Part shown: positions 53,348 through 64,000 of the stretch, piece after piece
How positions within the stretch are numbered: position 1 is the stretch's first letter
Layout of the letters: every line of letters starts with the position of its first letter
Assembly (NCBI GenBank): GCA_039621445.1
Contig: CP154954.1
Coordinates: forward strand, 9,939,521-10,003,520
Reading direction: 5' to 3'
Source of the DNA: Euglena gracilis
Taxonomy: Eukaryota
Length of the DNA: 64,000 nt
Program-made: the position numbers and the translations under genes
The notes under the pieces: generated by a model
What the model was told of the DNA's origin: nothing
Databases searched by the model: none
Seen by the model: the letters and a program-made list of their open reading frames with translations, nothing else

Positions 53348-55658
53348 AGTTTTCCTCACTGGAAACTCTCGTTTTTTTTGAAGAAATTATGAATCACCCT
53401 CACGCAAAAAAAACTTGCATCCCCAATTCTTCTCCTTCAGTGTCACAATGCCGTTTCGGGTGGAAGCGGTGTGGGATAGTTATGGTGAAAGTACAGGGTG
53501 CTGAAATGTAGTGAAAATACAGGAACTTATTGCTTTATGGAAAGAGGGCCAACATCACCACATGCAGGCCACTCAGGCCTTTGCTCTGAACAAATCCACA
53601 TTCGATCGAGCAGAGGCCTGCCTGCAACACGGTGACAGGCCCTTGGTGGGTCTACTTGTTTTCTGCTTGGTACTTGCTACTTGCATCACAAGTTTCAAGT
53701 CTGAAGACAGATTTTACAGACATTTTGTCCTTAGATGCTGGTTTTCTTCTGAAACTTCCATTTTTGTTTCTTGCGTTCTTTATTTGCTGTTCGACAAATG
53801 TTCTTGGAAACCAAAAAATTGGGGGAGAAGTTTTTCAATCTGGCAAACGGCCCAAAATTTTGCATTTCACATTTTTTGCGATGTCATGGTTTTTTTTTCG
53901 GGCCAGATGTGGTGGCCAGTTTTGGGCCAGATGTTCCATCCAGTTTTGGGCTAGATGTGGTGGCCAGTTTTGGGCCACAGGATACTCTCAGGAAGGAGTT
54001 GTTTGGGTGCCATTCTCTTGGAAAGGGGGGCAGAAAAGCGTTTTGTTTCCATTTTTTTTTGGCAAAATATGTGTTGTTCAACGAGAAAAATGTCAGTAAA
54101 ATTTGACTGTGCCAAAAGTTTGTTTACTTTATTGACCTTCGTTTTTTTCACCTCCTCAAAAGTATGAGTTTTTAGGACGGAAAATGTTGAGGTTTTTTGT
54201 GAAAAAAGTTTTTTTCCATCAAAAATCACGTGTTTTTGGGTTTTATTTTTCAAAAAACTTTTCTGGGCAAAATCCCCGTTTTCCCGAAAACGGTGAAAAT
54301 GTTGTGGTGGGTGTGGGGGGGGCCCCCTTCCGGTTCTTCCGGCGCAGTCTTTTGGTGCTGCCGTCAAATATGTTGAAGAAATGTTCATCCACCCGAAAAA
54401 TAAATAGCATTGGACTCCCTGCAGGCGCACTCACGGCAATGCTGGAGCGTGCACACCAGGAAAAACCGAAGGGCAGGGCCGATTTCTTGATTTGACGCGA
54501 CGAGTGGAGGGAAGCCGTGACTGCTTTTCGGAAGGAAGGAAATTTTTTTTTTGGGTCCGGCCGGCTGGCAAGACAGACATTGGTCCGGCTTGACGGACGG
54601 CTGGCGAAAAAATGCTTCTTCCGGACGGACGGCTGGGCGTCCAGCATTGGTCCGGCTGAAGAGGTCCGGACGGCTCGGACGGCTAGCCGGCCAGCCACCC
54701 CCCTTGTGGTGGTGGAGCTCAATAATCTCCCTTCAAGGTCATGTTTATCATTGGGGGTGGTTTGGGTCACGGGGAGGTCACGGGGGGGGGTCACAGGGGG
54801 AACACCACATTTTTGGTGGCAAAATTAGGAATCACCGAGCCGGATTTTTTGTGGAAAAATTCCACAAATTAGGAATCCCCACACCTGAAATTAGGAATTT
54901 GACACCAAATTAGGAATCACCAAGCCCAAATTTGAAAATTTTACACCTCAAAATTAGGAATCTGCATGAGAATTTTATCAAATTAGGCATCACCGGCCAA
55001 AAATTTTCCCAACAAAATTTCGCCGAAAAGGGTCCTTGTTCGGGTCACGGGGGGGGTCACGGGGGGGGGTCACGGGAGGGTCACGGGAGTAACACCCCCA
55101 TTGGTGGAGGTTGCATTTTCAGGTTGCATTTGTGTTGAAGCTTTTCTCCTTGAACTGGAACTTCTCCAAACAACTTGATAGTTCCAAACTTGAAATGTCC
55201 TACCTCTTGTTATTATCGTGTCCAAGACACAGCCACAGGCAAAGCACGTAATGTGCACTGCCAAACAACGAGAAAACCAAAACTGTGAAGAGGAGGTGAG
55301 AGGAATGTACAATTACAGTAGCGAAACTGTCCGCGAAGCAGTTGATAGTGAATTCCTGAGCAGCAGGGAGCTGCCAGGAAGGAGACATCGCAAAGCGACG
55401 CCTGGGTAAGAGGAAAGTGATCTGTGCACTGGTAAATCAGGCTACGGCGTTACAGTCTCCCCCTCGCAAACAGGCAGGGCAGGTTTGCGACAAATGACGC
55501 CGTTTCTCAATGGGTTGCCTACTAAAATTCAGCATCCTCAGCAGAGACTTTGGGTCTGGATTGGGGTCAAAGATCAGAAAACCTTGAAGGTACTCACCTC
55601 AGGCTTCCATGGGCTCCTACTGGGTTCGGATCCTCTTGCGGAAAAGCCAGGCAGGCAC

Positions 55659-58600
55659 TCAAAGTTGAAGAGTTTGGTTTGCTAACTCATCAGAGAAGCA
55701 AAACAGGGTAGCCATGCGGACAGGAATTCGGGAGGCAAGGTCTTGAGCGTTTTTCAGCGGGACATTCCAGTTCTTGGACTCGCAATAATCCACAAAAGCT
55801 TTGGTCAGACAACCATCACTGTGGATGAACGCTTTAATTGGTTCCCAAGTTTCGTCTTGGAGACCATAGCCTTTCCACACAGTCAGGAACCTCCAACCTT
55901 GTTTGTACTTGTGGGTCTGGATGGATTCAACTTCAAAAAATCCGTCTTCTTCAGTGTTGGGTTCCTCACGTGGGGCTTCAGGTGGATTTGCCTCATCCCG
56001 AACGGAAATTTCTGCTTCGTCTTCATTGTCGCTCAGTTCTTCAGGCTGGTTTGGAAAATGCTTCAGGAACTCGAAAGCGACTTCAACTTCACCTCCCAGT
56101 TTCGGGGACGCTCTCAGCAAAACAGCGGAGTGCTTGACTTGGATGGTCCAAACCATTGAGATCCCAGTTTTACAGTTGGCCATTGGGGAAACCGATGGCG
56201 ATGGACCAGGACATAGTCATTGACTTGATAGACAGCGGTTGACCTTTCACGGTCGTTTCTCTGAAGCGCCTTTTCTCTGAGAGCTTTCAGCCGTTGGACA
56301 GCGGACTCTTGAAGAGAAATTTGGTTGGTGATCCAGGTTTGGACATTCGGGTTGGCATCAGGCTCAGGGACAAGGTCAGGTTGCCAGGCGGGTCGACCGA
56401 AAGAAAAGTTCAGCGGGGCACAGTTGGGTTGATGAGTGAACTTGGTTGTTCATCATCCAGGTGCACAGGGGAACAAGGCGAATCCAGTCCTTTGATTTTT
56501 GGCTTGCCATCAAACACCGCATGTTTTGTACAAAACTCCGATTCATCCTTTCGCACAAACCATTGTTCTCAGGCCTTCGGGGGGTTGAGAAATTTACTTT
56601 CACTTTCATGGCCTTCAGGGCGGATTGCCAAAATCCTCTTTCTGAAACGAAACGCACATCGTTGTCACTGAATATTTCTTTGGGGCGACCGAACTTCTGA
56701 ATCCATTCTCTGATCACAAGTTCCAGAACACCTTCTGCATCGATCCGTTTGCGGCAGGGGATGAACTGGGTAAAAGCGGGACAAACCACAGACAATTGGC
56801 AAAATGTAGTCCTTGCCAGCATATTCATCCATCGAGATGAAATCAACATACAAATTTCATTCACCATCGAAGGGATCGGCAACGCACCAACCAATCCTCG
56901 GTCTTTGGCTGAGTTCGGTTTTGCTTCAGCACAGATTCTGCAAGACAAAATGGTTTTCCGAACTTCTTCCATCAGGTCTTTCAGAGTCAAGTCAACGTGG
57001 AAATTGCTTTTCAGGAACCAGGTTGTCCTTTCGATTCCAGGATGTCCATTGATCGTGTGACACCAGACAATTGTGTCAGGCAATTTTCCTTTCGGTAGAA
57101 CAAGCTTCTTTTCATTCCACAATTTGTTCTCGTCGCGGTAAAACATGGTTCCGTCAATCAGGGTTGCACTGTGAGGTTGGATTCTCCCCCAAACTTGTGC
57201 ATACTCCTCTTGATAGTCCTGGGCGCAAAGGTCCTTCATTTGTTCCAAAGCCTCCATTCTGAGATCAAGTTGGATGTCCATTCCTTTGGAAAGCTTGTCG
57301 GGCAAGGTCCTCACTGTCACCACACCACAGAAAAACCCACCACCGTTTCAGTCGGGCATTCTCAGGGGGGTTCCCGCGAACAAAGTACGAAACGGCAGCT
57401 TGGTCGCACAGCCAGACAATGGGCAGGTGTGAGAGGATTCGGCGTTGAGACGCAATGCCGAACACCCCACCCAGCAATTCTTGTTCGTAGGTAGCGTAAT
57501 TTTGGCGTGCGGGCGACCATTTCCAATTAAAATGGCCGAGCGGCACGAGAACTTCGCTTTCAGTGTGGGTGTGTTTCAGGGTTCCATCACGGTTGACTCC
57601 GATCACAGCACCAAACGACTCAGTTTTGTCTTTGCTCAACTTTTGCCATTGGTAGAGGCTTGCACGGCCACCAACATCATAGGCGTCAGTGACAATCAGA
57701 ATTTCTCCATCACTGTTGGGGACTCCCAAATTTCTGACATCGGCAAGTTTGGCTTTCAAGGTCTCAAAAGCAGATTGATGTTCATCGGTCCATTTGAACG
57801 GAACACCCTTTTTGGTCAGGTCAGTCAGAATGGCTGATGTGAAAGAGAACCTTGGGATGTGGCGGCGATAGAAGTTGAGGGCTCCGAGAAAACGTTGAAG
57901 GGACTTGAGATCTTTCACTTGGACACGCTGCAAAGCCTCAATTTTCTTTGTCGAGGGTTTCCACCAGCCATTTTCCAGTTGATATCCGAGGTACTCCAGA
58001 CTTTCTTTCATGAACTCACACTTGCTAAGTTTTATTCTGAGGTGATCTTGTCGGGCGACTTCGAAAACTCTCTCAAAATCTCATGGTGTTGTTCCAACGT
58101 GTGGGTTCCAATTCCAACGTCATCAAAGAAGGCGGCAACAACACATCCTTGCTCCAGGAGTTCCTTGGCTTTGGGTCTGCGTCGAAAATCATCGATGACT
58201 TTGTTCATTAGCTCTTGGAACACTCCAGGGGCATTGCTCAGACCAAAGGCATCACCCTCCACTTGTACACGCGTCCATTTGGCAAAATAAAGGCAGTCAA
58301 CTCCTGGGCTCGGAGAGTCAACTCCACCTGCCAAAATCCAGAGCGCATGTCCAGTTTTGACTTGAAACGCAGGGCGGCCAGGCCTTCAACAGTGGCTTCA
58401 AGGTCCGGCAGAAAACCAACGTGGGGAACAGTCTTGCAATTCAACTTGCTGTAATCACCAACAAGTCGTTTGTTTTTCGCAATTTTGGTCTCTTTGCCTT
58501 TGTCCATCTCCACCAGGAATGAGCGAGAACAGAATCTGGGAAAATCTGAACCCTTGAATTCTTCCACCAATCCAGTACCGACAAGTTCCTCAACCTGTCT

Positions 58601-61290
58601 TTCCATCTCCAAAACATCAGGCTTCGGCATGGGAAAGCATTTCTCGCGAACAGTCGAACCTTGAAATTCAGGTTTTAGCTCCAGATCCATGGATACCAGT
58701 TTCTTGCAGGTACCAGGGGGTGGCAATTCTCCAAAAACATCGGAAAATTCTTGTAGGATCGATTTGATTGTGGGCTCTGCGTCCAGCTTTTCCAATTCTT
58801 GATTGAACTCGCCATGCAAAATGTCCGATTCCTTCCACTGCTTTTGGGCTGCTTGCATTTGAAGATGTGTGTGCTCCTTTGGGTTGAACAGGGATGCAAT
58901 TTGTTGGAAATCACTTCGGCAGGCGGGAAACGGGGAAGACGGTTTGGCCTTGGTGGACCACTCTCCCCCATTGGCGAATTGTCGAACAACGGTTGAAACA
59001 TCTTGGAGCAATTCGGAAATCTGAAAAATTTGTGAGTCCACTTCACGGGTCAGTTCAGCCATGAACAAGTCCAAATCCCAGGTTGAATCAAGCTCAAAAT
59101 CGTCTTTCAGGGAAACTGGCGAGAGATCAGGCAGTTTGGGCTCACAGGGCTTTGATGGTGTGCAGGGAACAGGCGGTTTTGGCTCTGGGGCATCAACTTC
59201 CACAAAGACCTCCTTTGGTTTGTGAATGGCTTTCAGATCAGACAGACCAAGATTTTTGCATCTGCGATGGAGGTGTGCCAAAAGTCTTGGGTCAAGCTCA
59301 GACACACGAACTCGGGTGCCGTCCACCACAGAAATCAGAGTCCCCCATTGGGGTTTTGGCAGGACCCTTTGATCTTTTTCGCGCATGAATATCTTTTCAT
59401 CAGGCACACTGATCTGATCCACAGTCATTCTGTCCAACAGTCTTCTCCAATTTGTGCTCGAACCTCCACTCCAGTCAGGGGTCACAAGAACCACTTTGGC
59501 CCTGTCCATCCCAATTTTGGTCAATGTCTTTTCCAGTTTGGACCACGGCGGATTTGCCCACAGAAACTCAGACTCATTGGCCATCAATTTTGACCAGTCA
59601 TATTTCCATGCGCTGTTTTCCTTCGAACAGTGGAGCAATTCATGGGCATTGCCTTGTGAAGCAAACATGTCCACTCGGATTTTGGTTGGTTCAATTCCAA
59701 GATCATTCAGCGCTTTGTCTCGCAAAGTGGGTAGCAACTGATAGCTTTCAGTGGCAAACATTCGATACATGGAGTAAATGTGTCCTTTTTCCTCACGCAG
59801 GGGAATTGCCTCATCACCAATGACGAGATGGGCAGGACGAAACAGGATTCCAGAAACTTTGGGGTGGTTCAGGAAATCCATACCAAGAACAGCATCGAAC
59901 GCGGTTGTGTTCAGGACAAGCAGCTTTTGGTGAAAGTCGTTGTTCCCCAGATGCAGGGTGGTTTCAGCAACACCTTCCGAATACACAACAGTTCCATCGC
60001 CCATCTTGACAGGGACTGCCTTTTCTCTTTGGACAGGAAGCCCTTGGGAGAAACGGGTTGAAATGGCAGACGTGGTGGTCCCGGTATCGAGAACAACCGA
60101 CACATTTCTTCCACCAATGTTGGTTTCCAAATACAACGCGGTGCTTGGTTTTCCAGATATGAAATGGATTCGAATTTGCGCTTCTTTCCAGGGTCTTCCC
60201 CAGAATTGGGGGGCGAATTTGCAAGCAAGTTTGACTGTGTGGCGGGACGGGGCGGCTGAGGCGACGATTGATTCAGACGCTTCTTGTCCTCGCGTTTTTT
60301 CGTCCAACAGGCATCCTCATAATGGCCGACACGCTTGCAGTATTTGCAGGTTATTTTCGCCTTGAAATTTGGCTCGTTGCTGCGGTCCGCGGGGGGTCCA
60401 CGGCCAGAGGGTTTGTGTTGGTTGAAATCTTTGCCTTTGCCTTTGCTCTTGGACTTGCCTTTGCCAGGGTTGGTGGAACTTGGCTCATCACCTTCCCCAA
60501 TCAAGTGGATTTTTGCGGACTTCTCACCACCGAAGGCTTTGGCTTGGGAATACAGATAACGTTCCAGGGCATCGTCGGTGACTTTCTTTCGCCAAAATTC
60601 TTTCAGGGAATCAAAGGTCGAACATTTGTCACGGTTGCGTTCATCAGCTCTCATGTCTTTCCATTGCAGGGGGTGAATTTTGGACACAAGCATTAGAAGC
60701 TTTTCCTGCTCACCCAGGGCATCAGGGGACATCCGGGACAAAATGTCAGACATTTCCACAAACAGCGCTTCAAGTTCACCGGGCGAAGGTTCTTTGGATA
60801 ATTGGGGAAGCTTGGAAAGTTGGGCTCGCAGTGAAATGTCATTTTCAACCTTCGGATAAACTTGCATCAGGCGGGGGACAAATTCAGAAAATTCATCCAC
60901 TTCTTCGGCAAGCCATTCGACGACTCTCAAAACTTTGGGGGTTGAAGCGGCGATAGCCCAGTCAAGTTGAATGTTGTCGGGCTGGCTTTCCACACCGGTC
61001 AGGCGCATCCATCTTGAAAAGGAGCGAAGCCAAATTTCTGCATCCGAACCGTCAAACTTCGGTAATTCTAGTCCAGGCACACGAGACACAAGACCAGGCT
61101 TTCGTTCAGTGTCGGCAGTGTCAGCAGACTTCCTGGCGATCAATTTTGGAGGCCGGGGGGCGAAGGGAGATTTTGCTGTTGCTGGAAGTGAAACATTTGG
61201 GCTGCTTAACTCGAGTCCAGCGAGGCGGGCTTCAAGCTCAGCAATTTTCTGGGCAAACGATTCTTCACCAACTTCAGACCTTTTTTTTCG
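55659..61290 (-). pseudogene. Disrupted gag-pol polyprotein, copy 2
   Basis: ORF 58238-60307 reads PR (LDTG at 60080-60091), MT and RT N-half without a break. A different set of private frameshifts from copy 1, and a deletion near 57325. Confidence 0.93.
59318..59755 (-). other. N6-adenine DNA methyltransferase-like domain, copy 2 (open frame)
   Basis: TESYQL..VDMFASQGNA..SAWKYDW..LWANPPW (NPPW at 59543-59554)..VVLVTPDW..WRRLL. Confidence 0.87.
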
Positions 61291-62592
61291 TTTTGGTTCG
61301 ATCAGTTTCTGAGTAGGTGGGCTGTGTAACAGGTTGGCAGACAAAGGCTCAAAATCTGGGTCAGGCTTGCACTCAAAATCAGGGGGGTCACTCAAAATCT
61401 GGGACAGGCTGCGCTCAAAATCAGGGGGGGAGCAGGCTGTCAGTTGGACCTCCAAACTGGCAAACAAACTTTCAGACTTTTGAGCTGAACAGTTGAAAAT
61501 CAACTGGCAAACCACTTTGGTACAAACAGTTGAATGGAACTTTGACAAACGAGCTGGCAAACAAACTTGCAGAAATTTGCCAACAATTCTGATCAAACAA
61601 TCTGGCAGACAGACTTCCAAAACAGAATCACAGATCAGACTTGCAGACAATCTGTCAACCAACTGCTTGCCAAAACAGCTGTTGTCACTCAAAATCCTGG
61701 GGGTTGGCTGGTCAATGGGGGGATTTTGGCAAGCAGCTGGTCCAGGGGGGGTTGGTTGGCACTCAAAATCCGTTTGTGTTGGTGTGGCAATCTTCCAAAC
61801 AGACTTCCAACAATCAAACAGCAAACAATCAAACCAACAAACTTCAAGTTTTCTGTCAGATAGACTTCCAAAGTCCAGAAACACAGTTTCAAACAAACAA
61901 ACTTGCAAGAAACAAGAATCTTTCTGGGGGGGTCGCTATGTACAACAGTGTAACAGTGAAGTACAGAAAACGTTCTACCTCCTCCGACGACTCTGCACCC
62001 AGAACTTGTTGTCCTCAAACTTGAAAACTTGAAAGATAAGGCCCCAGTGGCCACAGTGGCCACAGCAAATGCCAAAACCAGCTTCAGCCAAAACTGCTCT
62101 GCACGAAGTCGAGATTCCCCAGCAGCTGACGACTGTCGACAGCAGGTAGGATCGTAGTACTCCTCTTGCTACCAATGAAGCTTTTCTCCTTGAACTGGAA
62201 CTTCTCCAAACAACTTGATAGTTCCAAACTTGAAATGTCCTACCTCTTGTTATAATCGTGTCCAAGACACAGCCACAGGCAAAGCACGTAATGTGCACTG
62301 CCAAACAACGAGAAAACCAAAACTGTGAAGAGGAGGTGAGAGGAATGTACAATTACAGTAGCGAAACTGTCCGCGAAGCAGTTGATAGTGAATTCCTGAG
62401 CAGCAGGGAGCTGCCAGGAAGGAGACATCGCAAAGCGACGCCTGGGTAAGAGGAAAGTGATCTGTGCACTGGTAAATCAGGCTACGGCGTTACATGGGTC
62501 TTTTTGCATTTTTTTGGCAGATTTGTGATTCCTTGGCCTCTATATCAAGAACTGTGTTGCTAACCCAACCTCTTTCCTGAGGCCTGGGTTGC

Positions 62593-63273
62593 TTGGATCA
62601 GGCCCAAAATCCAGCACGTCCACCCCCGGCAGACACTGTATTGTTTGGCGACACGTTTGCCGAACAAGCGGGACTCCCAACGGGAACGGAAAAGAACCAA
62701 AAACTTTCCTTCCATGCGGCGATGGATTTTGCCAAAGTTCTGGCCCATCAAAATTGCGTTTTGTCCAATTTGGATGATTGGATGACCGCCTTTGCAAAAT
62801 GGACTTTGTCTGTGGGCTGCCTTTTTGATGATGTCACTCAAAGAGATGTTGCCTTGGCGCAACGAAAAGATCTATGTGCCGCTGCTGGTGTTCCTGTTCG
62901 ATATTGGAGTCCCCCAACACTGAAGACCAACGTGAATGCGTTGGCCCTCATGTACAAGCAAACAGGTCCGGCGTCTGGCATCGTCCCGAGTGCACAATTT
63001 CAGTTTCCGAATTTTTGTCGGTTTTTAAACGCAGCCTATGACCGTGCTCGGACAACTTCGGCCACCAAAGAGTCAGTCGCAGTGCTGACGGACGAAGAAA
63101 TGGTCACATTGCATGACAAAACAAATTTTCAGTCATGCTACGAGTTGCAACGCATGAGCTTGCTTCTCATCGCCTTCCAACTTGGCTACCGGCCCGATTC
63201 CTTAATTGACCTCCGTGTCCGCAATTTTCAACTACAGACACAGGACGTGTTGTGTTTGCTACTGCAATCTTAG
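62593..63273 (+). pseudogene. Tyrosine-recombinase-like (Crypton-like) ORF, truncated after box I
   Basis: YWSPPTLKTNVNAL..FPNFCRFL..LTDEEMVTL..LLLIAFQLGYRPDSLIDLRVRNF resembles YR box I (G-x-R, R at 63190-63192). No HxxR or catalytic Tyr is seen. Confidence 0.55.
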
Positions 63274-64000
63274 CCTGCAATGTCTATGCATCATATTTCA
63301 GTATTCTTCAATGTCTTTTTTCGTTGGTATGACGGAGGCTGTGTTAGCAACCCATGCCTCAGGACAAAGGCTGTGTTATATAACACAGCCTTTGTCAAGC
63401 CCTGAGGCCTGCGTTACTAACACAGCCTCTGTCCTGAGTCCTGGTGCTGGTAACACGGCCTCAACCATTTTGGTCAAATTTTGGTCAATTTCATGGTCAC
63501 CTTGCTTGTATCTGGAGTTCTAATGAGGACAAACAACTAATTCCAAGAGGGACAAACAAACCATTTTCTTGGCAGGGAATTTCCTTATTGTTCAAAATCA
63601 GTGAATGCGTAAACTCGGTGGTTTACATCTGCCAAGGGAGAAGGAACCTCATCGCGATTAAAACGGATTTTTTCCGACGAGTTAAATACCATACCGACTC
63701 CCCAGTATTTTGGTGTCCTAATTCCTAACTTTGAGTGACAAACACTACCATGCAGCATTGGGTATCTTTCGAAAGATTGGTGGAATATGTTGCCTTTCAG
63801 AACATTTCAGAAATATTTCAGAAATATTTCGAAAAAAGAAAAATATTTCCTTCAGTTTTTGCAACGATGAAGGATCCACCAGGACCTGGGGACCTTGGAA
63901 GATCAGCTAGCGGGAAAGGTTAAGCAAGGAAAATTTTTTTTGCAAGAGGCCAGAAACGGAATCAAACCAACGAGGTTTTGAATCAAAACGGAATTAAACC

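Larger units (their letters stand above)
55136..62494 (-). mobile_element. Ty3/Gypsy LTR retrotransposon copy 2
   Basis: LTRs at 55136-55454 and 62176-62494 (319 bp each). Flanks are tgtgt / tgggt. Confidence 0.97.
53080..64000 (+). repeat. Segmental duplication copy 2
   Basis: Collinear with 37379-49631 but lacks the 1.25-kb non-LTR insertion. Confidence 0.97.

Noticed and set aside
59911-60307. Programmed gag-pol frameshift
   Set aside because: Copy 1 reads gag into protease in frame (SISYLGKPSTT), so the copy 2 shift is best explained as a 1-bp deletion or error.
39442-62494. DIRS element, given MT plus a nearby YR-like ORF
   Set aside because: The MT lies within direct LTRs with TSD and a DDE integrase. 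The YR-like ORF is outside the LTRs on the opposite strand.
55136-62494. Independent second Gypsy insertion
   Set aside because: Flanks and target site match copy 1, so it is a segmental duplicate.

Overview
Eukaryotic, repeat-only (heterochromatin-like) DNA; no conventional host gene is recognisable. Bases 1-23.3 kb are a 78-bp satellite array with variable higher-order repeats. 23.3-37.1 kb is a nest of short TIR elements, inverted satellite pieces and a decayed, internally inverted CRE-like (RLE-type) non-LTR retrotransposon carrying a 2A-like motif. 37.1-64 kb is a segmental duplication of at least 10.9 kb. It derives from a DNA element (GGGGGAGCA TIRs, 3-bp TSD, tRNA-like sequence, truncated tyrosine-recombinase-like ORF) into which a Ty3/Gypsy LTR retrotransposon inserted. 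The main finding is that this LTR element encodes an N6-adenine (Dam/DIRS-type, NPPW) DNA methyltransferase-like domain inside pol, between protease and RT, plus a C-terminal chromodomain. All calls are by-eye motif reading; no database searches were run.
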